From contig CM082593.2 in NCBI GenBank assembly GCA_040954595.2, forward strand, positions 1,250,901 to 1,314,900: a stretch of DNA of 64,000 nucleotides, in the 5' to 3' direction. This document shows positions 24,171-38,700 of the stretch, piece after piece. The notes beneath the pieces are model-generated. The model ran no database searches. It was not told where the DNA came from and saw only the letters and a program-made list of their open reading frames with translations. Every line of letters begins with the position of its first letter. The stretch's first letter is position 1. A program made the translations under genes and the position numbers. The DNA is from Balanoglossus misakiensis (lineage: Eukaryota; Animalia; Hemichordata).

Positions 24171-26606
24171 GTGTCACGAAGCTGACAATATGTTAATTCT
24201 AATGACGTATAAGGACAATTGCGCATTGTATCATAATGAAGACACACCTAACAGTCAGCAACCAGAGCAATATGCTTGGTTTATACTCTCCCTGTCACAT
24301 GAAATATAATGTTGGTTACTTCTTGTGATTCAGTGTGATTTCAATAAAATTGATTCTTAGATGTGAATGTAATATTTTCGCTAAGTTAGGATAGAGTTAT
24401 CAAATTGAGAGGATAGTTTTGTGATGTTTCTTTGTGTACTGTCGACTGACAGAATTGGGTCATCACTACGTGTAGTTGTGTATATGGATACTTCCTGTGC
24501 GTCATTCGCAAACTCAATAGTGTCAACTTTCCACGTGGAGTCTGATGTATCATCTTTTATGTTCGTAGATTTTCCGTTTCCAATTTCCGTTTATGCAAAA
24601 CAGTGCATACGTCAAACTCAGTTCAGGTTGGTACTGCCTTGACAATATCTTTTAGTTCACACCCTTGACTAAACCCGTTTATTAATCAGGACATCTGGTC
24701 ATCTACAGTTGTAGACATAGATGAATGTTATTTTGTGGTTAATAGGAACGTACAATACATTATAAACACCTTTTATGAGTTAGGACTTCGTCAATCTGAC
24801 ACAATTTTCTGTTAAATTATATTCCAGTCTCCTCGTCTCATTGTACCTTTGGTGATGATAATAAAGATGATGATGATGTTTACATTACAACATTGACAGC
24901 TATTTGGCAGTGCACACATTTCAAATAAGCCCATATTAGTGATATCATTTATAAACATCATTCCTTTTACAATTGCAAACAAATTTGCATGATATATGAC
25001 ATTGTATAATCCAGAAGACGCTTTTGAAGTAAAGGTAAGAGGAGACATTACAATATATCATGATTAAGGAGGTCAAAGATGATGTTGTTGAGATCCGCCA
25101 GCAAGATTTTTCACCCGCCGACTAATTCATCTTGATAGCGATTGGATGAGTTCATAAACGAACAAACTGACTCGCACGTCATTAACTTCAGAGGGCGATG
25201 TAATCCATTCCTTTAATGAAATATTAACGTTCAGACAGACACATTAACTCTGTGAGTAAAGATGATTTAAGCTTAACGAGTTTTCAAGTTAGAAATAAAT
25301 GTAACCAATATGCTGTGTTTTCTAGTAATGTATGGATTATTGATATTTTCGTGTTGCGTTTGGTGAGAATGTATTAACTTTGATAAGATCAAGCGAGAAA
25401 CTAGGAAGGCACTCATTGAAGAAAAACATTGACAGCAAAGTACTAAAAGCACTCTATTATCTTCCTAGCAATAAAAAGATACTGCAAATGACTCGGGGAA
25501 AGAGTTTATTTCCTGTAGAGTGTTAAATGCTGACGTCTTAATGTAGAGAACTATAAAATGTGAGTTATTCTCTAGCAACGATCAATCATTGTTATCCGTA
25601 CTTGCTTGGAAATGTGAATCATTTAAGAGACAATAAAAGAGAACACGGCTTCAAGTAAAATATACATAAAAACACTTAATCGATAAAGCCAACTAACAAG
25701 GGATTTGATGACGCTAATTCTCGTACGTCAATTAGCCCCTGAAAACAGCGAGGAACACAAAGCAAGTTATAGTACTGCAGAGGAATACTTCGACGTCCAT
25801 CAGCACTGTACCATAACAATCAAGCAATTTGGTTCTTTCTGTCATGCATTCACTGCTTTCAAGCAATCATGACTTGTGTACTTCTGTTTATCGATTCTCC
25901 CAAACGACAATTTTAAGACATCGATGAAGAAGATTCACACTGATAATACACAGACTGTATTGGGTCACGCCGATCGAATTCACTTTGAAACAAGTTAGTT
26001 ATACCGCCCTCCCATCGACAATCACGATTAACTTTTTTTCTTTTTCTTGAATTAAAACGAAAGTATTTTACCATCGGACCTTAAGTTTATCGTACAGATT
26101 CTTTTACCAAAGGTTTTGTTCAAAGAGCATTATCGCGTCAATCTTTTCACCTCGCGAACCTACCCTTTTACCTTTGCCATTTTGAGATAAAAATTCACAA
26201 AACTGACAAAAATATGAATCTGTTCCTATCACTGACTATGAAAACATTGCAAGGTGGTGTGCGTATAATTTTATTATGTGAGAAGAAATTCTTCTATGCT
26301 GAAAATGTGTTTAATTTGGCTTCTATGGAGGTCTTCACTTATTGCGAGCTGAAATACTTTTTTGTAGTTTCAGCGATGTGGCTAAAAAATTGTGCCTATA
26401 TTTAAGACACGAAAAACAGAAGAACATGTATAGGGCCTACAAAATATACACAAAGGCGACTAACATGAAATGGACTGTTGCTTTTCTGAAAATAGAATGA
26501 CGAACACCCCGAAGGCATACTCATTAATAAAAAAATAGGCGGGAAGAGGTAATCGGTGGGTCGAGGATATTATTGGAGGAACGTGCGCATGTTTATTAGG
26601 TTATTC

Positions 26607-26955
26607 TTAAGGTCGTACGCGCCTGAGGACAGATTTTCAGAAATTAGAGTCCTCCAAACCTGTCAAATCTTTGCTGTATTAAAGTGTGCCAGGAGACTTA
26701 TTGAAAACAAAGAAGAAAACTGGGTCTTCAACAGCTTGTTTTCATAAAAAATCGCTACTTTAATTAATCAGAGAGCTTAACACAGAGCTTTGTGGCCATT
26801 TGAAATTCTGAGTTGAAACAGTTTTGCTCAAATTGTTGCACAGTGTACCCTAAATTTTATATTTCATTTAAAGACAAACTAATCTATAGTTGCCGTGAGT
26901 GAATTATGAAAAGAAATTTAAGACTCTGATTTTCCAGGCGCCACTGTATTATTAA
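26607..26955 (+). mobile_element. Near full-length (about 350 bp) degenerate MITE-like element, TTAA-GG...TTAA (Kolobok-like termini)
   Basis: ttaaggtcgtacgcgcctgaggacagattttcag ... ttccaggcgccactgtattattaa. Homologous segments recur at about 8452, 23961, 29790, 35640 and 39873. Confidence 0.7.
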
Positions 26956-27401
26956 TGACGTCATTTGTTTTATATTTCCTAGAATTTATGCAGATATATT
27001 GTGAATATTGTACCTTTTCGTTTCTTTTCTGACTTAAGAGTTCTCTCCCAAGTTGTAATCAGCGAGAAGAATTTGCGCGTTCATCTGAACACTTGTGGCG
27101 GGCGGACAATGATGTATTGCTCGCCACTAAAAGCTCAGGCTGATTATGGGGTGACTCACTGAATGGGTGATGTTCTAGCCCTACAGCTCGGACAGAAAAG
27201 CAATAAACACAAGGAGCCTGCTGCCACGTGCGCATGAATACATCATTACAAGCTTACACCAGTAGCTTGCTCTATAGAATACAAAAGATGCCACGTGCCG
27301 ACATTTCGAACGCTCGTAAAAACCACAATGCAAACAATTGGTCTTCAGTTTACACAACTGCCCGACCATACAATGTATTACAAACCAACTAAAGAAAGAA
27401 C

Positions 27402-27463
27402 ATATATTGAACTACTCGTCTGAAATCAGAATATATTGAAGTACTCTTCTGAAATCAGAATAT
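27402..27463. repeat. 29-nt tandem duplication
   Basis: atatattgaactactcgtctgaaatcaga / atatattgaagtactcttctgaaatcaga. Confidence 0.85.
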
Positions 27464-29679
27464 TATAATAACTATAAGAAGCAAATTATGTACCAGTACA
27501 AGTCAATAGCCAGAATCTTTTTTGCACTTTCAGAGTTCTCGCTTTATATTATCATCACATCTCCCCAGAGAATTGATTGAATACTATTATATACATGTAT
27601 ATTAAATGGCATGCCAATACTATGAACAGACATACAAAAGGGCACTTCTTGCTTCATAAGAAGCAATAGAAGTCATATTAAAAAACAAAGAAAAACTCGA
27701 GCTTTGTTGTACCGGTATAATATGAAGGACAATGCATCTCGAAACAGACTTGTATATGTCAAAGGTAGTAAAAGAAACCGTCAAATTATTTAGGACTACA
27801 GCGCCATAGCAAATGCGAAACAAGAACAGCTGCTGAAACAGTCAAATCATCAGTAAATGTTTGATTGATCACTTCGAAAATAAAATACATGTAGTATTGT
27901 ATAAGTTTACTTCTGGCTTGATAAATGGCGAGAAACATTGCAAAATTTAAGCTCAGGGTACTGAGGTCGACCCACCAATATGGCAATTGTACTATTATCG
28001 ACGTTAACAAAACAACATGTTCCCAACAATAAACCACCAAGGAGCCACTGCACTTAAATTTATATATTACTGTGAGCCTGTAAGGTCAATATGCTCAGCA
28101 TGATCGGAGGCAACGCTGTGTTTATTTATGGGAAACACACCGACTATCAAAGATTTTTAAGAAACCATCGCGGTAAAAGTGCACCGACGATGTGATTGGC
28201 TCCCAAGGTTAGCCCGGTGACTATTAGTATCCGACGCCGCAGGCTTTGACCGATCAGCTTTGTTAACCATGCGTTGATGTCATTATCAATACTACCCAAT
28301 GTTGACTTATCTAAAGACCAGCGTGACATACAGATAAACGGATTACTGTAGACTAAGCTAGCATGTTGAGATCACGGAATTACCTGATGTGTTCTACACG
28401 TACGCAAGGTCACAGTGACATGTTTAACCTTGTGCTTTGCCCATTTCAGATGATTTTCACTGAGAAAAAATTACTGTAATTCCGCAACGTTTAAGTCCAA
28501 CAGATCACAATATAGTTACCAAGTGAATACAAGGCCTGTGTATCAGATTTTTTAGCAAACTTATTAAAAGTACTCGCCAATCATAACACACAGCGGATAA
28601 GCTGTGCCACCATGCAGGATAGTCTTTCGACGAAAACGGTCTTTTCCATCTCTAGAATTTCGAAGCAACCATCTTGAAAAATACAAAGTGCCCTCAACAG
28701 CGTTCCCTTTCGTTTTCAGTTGTAAACTATGACAATTCGCAGTCCAATGGCTGAAAATTGTACTCGACAAATGAGTTTTTCGAGGTTTCCTGGGGCTTTA
28801 GCAGTCAAGGATTTTTTCCCCTTTTGCCATGTGCACCAGACAAATTTGTCAAACGAGAGTTGAAAATTACAGACGCGGCGCCGGTTAGGTACGACATGTA
28901 TTGTTCATATGGGTCTGCTTCGGTTGACTTATGCCTGGGTTAAGTGAATAATAATATCTTACAGATTCAATAGTTTTCCAGAGTATTGAATGGCTTCAGT
29001 TATGTTTGAGTTTTATAAAAGTTCGTTTTAACAATAATGTAAACAATACTACCAAAACAGCTACTGCAGCTTTAGAACAACTCCAAAATTTTAGTAGCGA
29101 CTCCAAATTTTCAGTGCCATATACTATAATGTTTGACACCCTCCAGAAAATGTTGCTAAATGACAAATCGGTTGAATTTCCCAAGAAATGAGTTTAAAAA
29201 TTAGATACATGTACATGCATATTTCCGTTCTAATCTAGGGAATTTCCTTGAAAGCATGACCTGTTGCCTTTTACACAGTATAGTTTTTTGCGTTTTGGTG
29301 AATTACCGATTTTTTTAATCAGTGATATTGGTCTGTACACCTGGTACTCGCATACAAGAACTAAACGGGCATGTGCCACGCGATTAATTTGGATCAGTCC
29401 ACGTCGTCTCACACAAGATTTACCTAGAAGTGAATGGGTAGTTCTTTTTGATGTCACGGCCTAGTTATAATGTGGGTCACGATCAGCTATGTTTTCCTTT
29501 GTGTGAAATCCTTTGTCTGTGTTAAATGTGAAGCCGGCCGAGTCGTAAGAAGTGGGTCGTTTCAGTCAGATATATGAACTACACACTCCCACCCAACATT
29601 TATGGAAGAATCCCCCCCCCCTGTCTAGGTTTCTCTGTTCACTTGCCTGAAGTAGTATTTTGGTAGGCCTATAGCGGTG

Positions 29680-29835
29680 ATATTTAAAAAACCCAGACAC
29701 TGAACATCCTGTTTACTTCATTGCTTGAAAAAGGACTCCCTACACACAGTATTACATGTATAACCTATAGAAAAGAAATGTTTTGAGTACTGTCATTTTT
29801 CTGAAAATCTGTCCGAGGCCTATACTACCCCTTAA
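29680..29835 (-). mobile_element. Partial copy of the same element family
   Basis: Ends ttttctgaaaatctgtccgaggcctatactaccccttaa, the reverse complement of the family terminus. The left boundary is approximate. Confidence 0.6.
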
Positions 29836-32800
29836 AGAAATAGATTTTGATCTTAGTGACTCGAAGATGTTCTTCACCCTCTCCTCGTCACAGTTGATAT
29901 TGATGAAGTGTGAATGCTGTTAACTTTGTTGAATTCTCATCTGCGGTCTAACCTTCGACCTGAAAAGATGTCCGTCACACTTTACTGAAAGCAATCTTTC
30001 TACCAAGGGATTAAGAGATTTAGATTAGAGTGCACACTGTTCCCAGAGCAATCACTCTTAATCTGCACTTAGCCAATGATATTGTTTATATGTCTGTCTA
30101 TAGCACATCACCGAATGTTTCACATTATTAACAATCGATTTCTAATTTAACTCATTTTTTGATAATGCTAATATTCTTGTTTGGAAAATTACATATGACG
30201 AGATATTTCACGCATTCACGCTACACTTGATTAATGTTATGAATGTCTATCAAAACGACCATTTACATTGACCAGAGAATTTGATACCCCTCTGTGCATG
30301 TTGGTGCAATTGGTTTTCTGCTCTTCGACGTTTCTGCACTTTGATGTCGAAAACAAATTTTGTTATGCTCGCACGCTCAAGGCTGTCTAGACAAGACATA
30401 GAGACACAGAGACAGATAAAGAATATTAATACATGCTCCTGCTTACCAGAATATTGTGAATTCATTTTTTGCGTGAGCAAAATGACTCAGAACGAACCGG
30501 AAAACACGATCAATGCTCTCGTTTGCTGTCACTCTTGTGTAGTGACTTTCTGCCCGATATTCAAAGCGACACCGGTCGTATCTCTATAAACGATGCTGAC
30601 AAATTGCTAATGGAGTTCACGCTCGCGCGGGAAGACGGCATTGCATACAGAAATTCTCAGCAGGAAGCTGGTGTTTCTTGTCAAAACATAACAAATAATA
30701 ATTCATCGGCAATGATACGAATTATTTAGGTGTATATTTAATTTTAGCATCATCCATTGGTCGGCGGTTATTTCTTTGCTTAATCTTGCACTACAATGGG
30801 CATAATTGAAACTATTTCTAGATCTAACGCTGGCAAGTCTCTCTAGATGAAGATTGAATTTATAGCTGCCGGAAAAACGTCTTCTCCCGCCTACACGTAT
30901 AGTAAAGAATTCATGGCTTGGGTGAACATCACTCTATCAAATATCTTCACTTCAGGAAAACAAGGTTTAACTTGAATGGGGTTATAAAATCATCCACATG
31001 AGGCTGTGAGAGTAAACACTAATTGCCTGTGATTTATATTTTGGGGCATAGTACTCTGACCGCTCATTTGACATTAAAGGGTATGTGCGTTTTACTGAAT
31101 TATAACTGCCGGTTAAAAATAATAAAAAGTCAGTATTGAGTTTAGTACAGAGAATACAAATATATTATGATTATCCAGAACTCATTGCGAGCTAATACTT
31201 AACGTCCAAGGTACGGTGTGGTGACATTTTAACCGTTATTCAAGTTAGACGAGCTGTGATAAATGGACCTTTAATGCCAATGTAATAAACCCTTTGAACT
31301 TTTGTCAGATCAAGAGCGCAAATATCAAGGTCGTCGCCGGATAATGGTTTACGATATTCTGTTGTTTTGTTTTCTATTCTCGGCGTGATTCAATACCAGG
31401 TGGTACGGGGTCACGCCATTGTTCGATTCTGTTTTTAAGTTTGGCGTGAACTGGGTTGAACTTTGGTGTAACAATGGGTACAACGCGGTTCTTGCAGAAT
31501 GCTGAATAGCAATGGAGACTCCCGAGTCTTGCTGGGCAACAGGCTCTTCTTATAGCGATTCTTCACATCATTTTTACATTACATGCTGCTCTGAAAGTAA
31601 TGTCACAGGCTTACCCTCAGACCTGAAACAATGTGTACGCTACTGTAGTTTTTAAAAGTTGACAACTGATGTCAGTCACCTTTCTTTTAAAGGAATTTAA
31701 TGGCCTAATTATTTTCAGTGGTTCCTTCATAATTAAAACCATACTTAGAGCTTCTGTTACATCTAAACCAGGTGAGTGCAGATCTTGGAAAGTGAACAAA
31801 AATAGGATTCAGTACAACTTGATATCAGATGTTCGTTCGAGGGCACACTGTGACAGACTCGCATAATTTATGAACCCATAAAAGGCATTATAAACTTAAA
31901 ATATACTATGATTACTGTTGGATAGCGCGATTCAATAAGTGATGGCGATTTTAGTCGACGCCTGTCGGTAATATTTCAAAATGTAAAGGCGATTAAAAGT
32001 GTGAACCAACGATGGAGAATCATGTTGTTTTCAGAAAATTCAGATTTCCATGGCAATGACACTAGAAGCGACAAAAGGAGTCTGATATATTCAAAAGCAG
32101 CTGCAAAGCTCGCCAATTTTATTTTGATCGCCAATATACATGATATATGCCTGGAGTAAATTTGGCGTCGCTTGGATTAATCACTGAGATAGGGTCTGTG
32201 AAAACTACAAGCCTCAATAAAACTGCCAGACAGCAACATTATCTCTTTTGACCAATGCAATTTCCTTTCCTCTTTTTCACATAGGCATCTGAAAATCTGT
32301 AATTGGCTGGATCTCAATTTTCCATGGTAACTGTATCTAAATTTACATGTTCCTTTAATGTTTACAGGGAAAGTCTTCGACAATAGCAGGAAATCCCCCA
32401 CTTGTAGACGTCACACTTGATAACTAATTTCAAAACAACTTTGGAGTTCATTTCTGTCACTGATAAAGTAAACAGGGAATGTTTAGAAAAGATACTTTCT
32501 TCAAAAATGCCGCACGGTGCTAAATTTATAAGGTTATCTAAATTATTCAGAAGTAGACTGTTCCCCTGTGAGTGCATCAAACAAAGCTGAAAACATATTT
32601 TATTTTTGTTGAAATCTCTAAAATGCGTTTTAACAGCTACCAGATAAGTTTCAAGGAAATACTGTAAAATATCTCAACGTCAACACATATAGGAACCCTG
32701 TAGTTGTTTCATTCACTCAGAACGTCGACTGCCATGCGCCAGAATTTAATAGTACGTTTGTTTAGCAGAAAGACTGTAATGCTGATGTTATTTTGAAATT

Positions 32801-34585
32801 CATACATGTGATGTATTCACAATAAATTGTGCAATGTTATAATGACAGACAACCGGGCATGATCCGGTTTGGATGTTAATATCCACTCAAATTGGTGGTC
32901 CATTTATGACCGACGATCGAACACTTAACGCAAGCACCTATTTCTGTCGGCATTATATTTCTATAGTCATCAGCAACTCTGGCAACTAATTGTACTATAC
33001 ACATCACACATGCACATTTCAAACAACTGGGTTCTGGTGACACGGGTAGGTGTAACCAAAACACCTGGCGTAGGCATGCATCTGCCGATTATTAATAGCA
33101 GTATTGGATTATCCCGCGAGCAAAGCATTATCTTCGGTATCATGACATGTATAAACAAACAAACTGTATAAATTTTGTACTATTTACTTTTACTAATATT
33201 TGACAGTGTTTTTATTTGGAGTTAAAATTTGAAATAAAAGTATTCATGTTTAGAACTCATGATTCCATCGCGAAGTCTGTGCTTGAACGCAGAACCTCCA
33301 TAGGCTACGGCGAAATGGCGTTGAAACTTATTTTACCACAAAAACACAATTTTGCCCGATATTATGGATTTGTATTAAAAACTGACAACCACACTAAAAG
33401 CTTTTCTTGATTCCCACATTTTGTTTAATTGTCACTCTAAAATTTTTGACCGCTCCCTTATGTGGGAGTTCTACTATCCATTGCCCACGATTGAAAGTGT
33501 TTTGTTTAATGGACCCTCGACATATCCTATTTTTATCCTACTTATCGGAAACCACCAGCAACAATTCGGATAAAACAGCATTTGTTTTGTCAGGATAATG
33601 ATGGTTCTGTCGTATTTCTATACTACGATTGATTGATTGATTCACAATAGTTACATAGCTGACATTGACGGACAGGGAAAAATTCACTGAAGCTGACCTG
33701 ACCATGCCAAGCTCATTAAATAGCCGTTACATGTTATAAATAAGTTGCCGCGCATAATTGTCACCAAATATCGATTCCTAGGGGGTGTACAGCGAGAGTC
33801 TATCAAGCCCTCTAATTTCCACGCGTAAATAATGAAAAACGCATTTTATTGGTTTCTGGCTCTCCAATTTTGTCTACATGCATGTTTTCGATTGCTTAGT
33901 AGCCTTGTGAAGCGTTCACTCTTTTGAGTAGCTTTCAAATGTATACTAGGAGGTGTGCAAGGGGAATATTGAATAGCCATTACTAAACACGATTTATATT
34001 CCCCAGAAACCACAACAGATTCTTATGAAAGTCGAATTTTGTTTGTCGCTTCCCGCTCTTTTACAGTCGCCACAAAAGTATTATTTTGGAGAAATCAGAT
34101 TTCTTGCGCAAAAGATCCGATGTGGCCGTTTGTGTTTGAAAAGGGATAAACGATACCATAGTGTGGTGTTCAATGTTTGAAAATTCGGCAATTTACCGTT
34201 AGTTGGAAACAAACAATAATTGGCCGTTGTGTCGTGTGCAAAACTCGGCGAATGTCTGAATGGGCATATCTATATATAAATTTGCTCATAAAGTCAAAGA
34301 CATTGTACCATGTAGCTCCTAATTCGTTGAAATGTTCAAAAAGTGACTTTTACAAAGGCAGAATCGCGTTGTCATTGGTGACAGCATTGGAAGGTTAATA
34401 ACGCATGCGCTGCAAGACTGTAATTGTTGAAAGAGAAGCAAAGTGCGTCAACATCTGGTCGCATCAGCATCCGTTACTGAGCGGACCATCCAACTTTGCC
34501 TGTACGACGGAGACGCACTCAGTTGATGAACAGTCGGTGTGTGCATTAGTTCCATCTCCCGATACGTTCGCTTAACTCAATAACC

Positions 34586-35041
34586 ATGGATGCCGACAAT
34601 GACAATGTTGAATTGCTCCTTCGTCATTACCTTCTGGTCAACTATAATTGTTCGTGCTTTGAGGAGTCGTGCCAGGAGAGCACCGTGCACGCGAAGTATC
34701 GGGATCGTCTTTGCGGTGGCACCCCAGCCACGCCAACCGCCTCGGCCAATATGACTGACGTATATTTGCGCCCCCTCCCGATCTCAGAGACCGGTCAGTC
34801 GCTGCTGATAGTAGCCTATGGGATTGCCATCATATTAAGTCTGTTGGGAAACATGACCGTGATCCTTGTTCTGTCGAGGAGTAAACGGACGAGATCGAAT
34901 CTGAACATCTTATTGATTAATCTAGCTGTGTCCGACATCGCCATGGCAGCATTCTGTATGCCTTTCACGTTCATATCTATAATGTGGCAGCAGTGGACGT
35001 TTGGTGACTTCATGTGCCCTTTCGTCCATTTCATGCAACAG
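34586..35041 (+). CDS. Gene D GPCR exon 1 (Cys-rich N-terminus to start of TM3)
   Basis: MDADND...LLGNMTV...NLAVSDIAMAAFCMPFTF...WTFGDFMCPFVHFMQQ; donor CAG|GTACGT. Confidence 0.93.
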
Positions 35042-35559
35042 GTACGTAAGGGAGCTTTCTGTTATCATGAGGGGATGGGGCGGGCGAAATTAGGCATGAT
35101 TCATCATGTCAAATGTGACCCTCCCCCTATTTCCCCGACCCACCCCACTCATAATAACTGAAAGCCCCTAAGTCAGCATTTTGCATTTCTAGTTTTCTGC
35201 TTACATTTGTAAAATTTACCACATTTACCGCTTCGTATTTTACACCAGGGATTTTACCAAGGATAAAACTTTCGATAAAAAATAACACACCTTTAGACCC
35301 TTTTACAAGCGTTTTTCAGAAATTTCATATTGAAAGTATTCTATATCACTGAAAAAAAATTTGGAATTTGGAAAGAATGAAAATATAAACTTTAAAGGCA
35401 TCCTACTTTGTGTAAAGAATGGTATGAAGACTACATCTTTCCAGTTTGGAGTCTGCAGCTGACTGAAATATATGGTATCATTGAAACCAAATTGACTGTG
35501 TCATCGACCCGTTAAACACTTGACCTTGGATTCAATGTCAATGTTCCTTATCGGTAATT

Positions 35560-35704
35560 AAAATGAGTGATTCAAATCACTGATGTTGTTTTTGCTGAGT
35601 AAGTCTATACATTGTAAGTAAGGCATTTGTGGCACACTGAATTGAAAATGTTTTGAGGATTATTAAGTTCAGAAAATCTGGCCCTGAGGCGCGATTTACC
35701 TTAA
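35560..35704 (-). mobile_element. Partial copy of the same element family in gene D intron 1
   Basis: ggcacactgaatt...gaggatt...gaaaatctggccctgaggcgcgatttaccttaa. The left boundary is approximate. Confidence 0.6.
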
Positions 35705-38700
35705 GTAGAATATCTTCTGAAATTTTATCTGAAACGTTGGGTAGAAAAGTTGAAAGATAACACTACTTAATGATATTCAGATCAATGAATTGACATGTGG
35801 CTTGAAGTTGGCCATATTGACAGCACATCAAAATGCGGCAGTTCTCCAGGTTTTGCAAATGAATATAATGAATAAAAATTCCTGACTGTTTCAACGTTGT
35901 GTAGTCAAATTCCAAATAAGCATCGATATCGCTTGTAATGTAAGGATGGCTAGATATGGAAATGAAAACCCTTTCCTTCACCAGCTTACGCTCATGTTCC
36001 AGTTTCAGTCTTAAGGCGTACATAAGCGGGATACTCAATACTCAAATTTGAATCTTAGTTGACATTTGGGCGGCATTCTTTCTGTTATGTTATCTCAACA
36101 TGTTGGCCAGTTCTTGTGAAAGATACCGTGAAAATTGATTTGGCTTCACGTGACGTTTGACTTGAGTAAATCTGATGGCGGGAATTGTTGTATAAGTTCA
36201 CCCACTTCAATAAACAAATCTCTAATTATTTCAAGTGTTCTCCTCTCTCGATACATGGATACTCGATGCTGTTTTCTCGAGTATATTCTCGGCCCAGGGC
36301 CCATGATTCTACGAGCCTCGTGAGAGTAATTAACGGAATGAATGGGAAGCTTATTATCTTTACGGCGCGCTAAAGGATGACTACAATGTCAACTTTCAAG
36401 ATGTGTACGTCGGTCATTGAACCAACAATGGTTTTGTATTAAATTAAAGCGTGCAATGAATAAATGAATGAGGGGGGAAATAGTAAGATCAATTAATTAC
36501 ATGCTACAGGTATAACACTTAAAAAAAACAAAGCAATTTTAAGCGGCACTACAAAAACCCTTCACTGAGGCATAATATATGTATGTATTAGGGCAAAGCC
36601 AATGAAAATATACATATATACTTTTGGGGTCTCACACGATCGATAATTCACAGAGAATTACGATTCCTAAAAGCATAAATTTTGTATGTTGTGCCCTTAA
36701 AGGTGCTCTTGTAGCAGGCATTTTATAGGATCATCGCCAGAATTATGTCATTTTGATAAAATAATTATATTATGAAGAGACCCTACATGAACAGAATATT
36801 GGTCGAGTCAAGTCGCCATGTGAGGATTCAACTGATAAAATCCAACACACAACAAAAATATACAGCACTATAAATCATGGCATCCACAGAGAAAATATCC
36901 ATCTGATTCGTGAGTTTTGGGGAATGATTTGTTTATCATGGTTTGTCAAGTCATATGATTTGTTACATATAATTGAACTATATTTCATGTATAATATGAA
37001 AACGTACTGACCACAACATACTATTGGAATATACTCTCGTTTTGGAATAAATCTGTAAAACCGTTATAACAAAAGTTCATGACTTATTGATGCTGGAAAA
37101 GTACTTCACAGTATACCTTCAATAGAAACGTGTTAATTCAAGCATGTATGACGTACTGGTGATTTTGCAATACAGCAAACCGGGTGCCAAGCCGCAAGCC
37201 AAAGTAAATGACACGTTACACGCCAGTCGCAAACAATGAACCGAATCGTGGGAGTTTGCGAAAGAATGGAGAGAGACCTGTGGCATGGTTGTATCAGTCA
37301 CGGAACGTTGGACTTAATGATCTCAACGTGTGCGCTTTCATTCTGGTTTCTGCTTTTATCTCTCTGGCGACTTTACATGAACCTACCGGTAGCACAAGTA
37401 CGTCAACTGTTTGTTCAGTTATATAAAGCGACCTGGATTCGTAAGATATCACGTGACACAGGGTGATGTCGTCCACCCATTAAAATCTTCTGGTCGAGTA
37501 ATATAGACATAACGGGATTGACTTGACTTTTTTTGATTTTGCAACACTTTAATTGGGCTGCCGCGGACGTCCTTTAGATTACTCTGTCTGCACAGCGTTT
37601 CATGAGATAGGGTAGAGAACTATGACATTATGACAGGAAATAATTTGTGATACTAGGGTGACCAGACAAAACTTGCTGTAAGACACCCCTTGGCCTGTAT
37701 TGCATGTCTTTACATGCTTGTTCCTTAATCCATTGGAATATTTCTATAAAATGTGTGGATACTATGCATTTTAAAGTGACAATTGATTTTATGCCAGTAC
37801 TTAAATTCAATAACAATACGAATTAAACGAAATAAACGTGAAATGTTTGTCTGTTACAACATGATTTACACTGAATTAGAACATAATTCTGCAGCTGTCG
37901 CACTTACAAAATACAATCAGAGTTTGTCACATTATCCATTATGATATTTAATTAAGTTACCAGAAAGTATGTGTTTTTCAGTTAACAACAAATATCATAT
38001 ATACAATTGGCTACTGCCTTCATACATGTTTGTGTTTTTTCACACGTATACAAAATTATGTCCTTTTTACATTAAGACTAAAAGTCACAAGTTTCAGTAA
38101 TACAAGCGATAATGGCTTCCTTGCATGGGATGAAAATAAACGCTCACAGATGGCGATTTGCCATTAGAAATTGAGGAGGCTAATAAACATCATCGGATAT
38201 ATATGTCGGTCATGATGTTTGTGCGTGTTGCGTCGCTTCGGGATACATGTATCTGCATTAACATGGATTCCATTAGAATGCCGGAACATATAGTTCTGAT
38301 AATATATCTCTCAAGGGTATGGATTTCCGTATACAGACAAAACATTTCACAGAATCTGATCACGCATTAGTACTTGGTATATTTTATTAATGAAAAAAGT
38401 TAAAAAGTAATTTTCGAATATAATGCAACACCTAGGCCAAAAATATGTGTTATTCTCATTTATTATATTTTCTTAATTAGTTCTGCAGGTCATTTCTATT
38501 TTCAAATGTCAAGCAGTTCGCAGGAATTCATCTTGCACACAAAAAATGTGATAAGCAATCTATTCCAAGTGATATTTTTCGTTTCATCAAACCCGTCGGA
38601 CTTTCACATATGCGTCTTATCATTTTCATAAAGAGAATGCAGCGAGAAAATGATATTAATCGGCGCCAACACCATGGCCTGGAGTAATTATCGGACGTGC

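Noticed and set aside
32955-32975. Hammerhead-like core on the minus strand (CTGATGA...GAAA)
   Set aside because: Only 5 nt separate the motifs and there are no stems I/III; other CTGANGA sites checked also lack stem II plus GAAA.
13104-34900. ORFs antisense to GPCR exons (13104+, 14192+, 16777+, 34816-; likewise 2112-, 42017-)
   Set aside because: Shadow or alternate frames of real coding exons, with no independent support.
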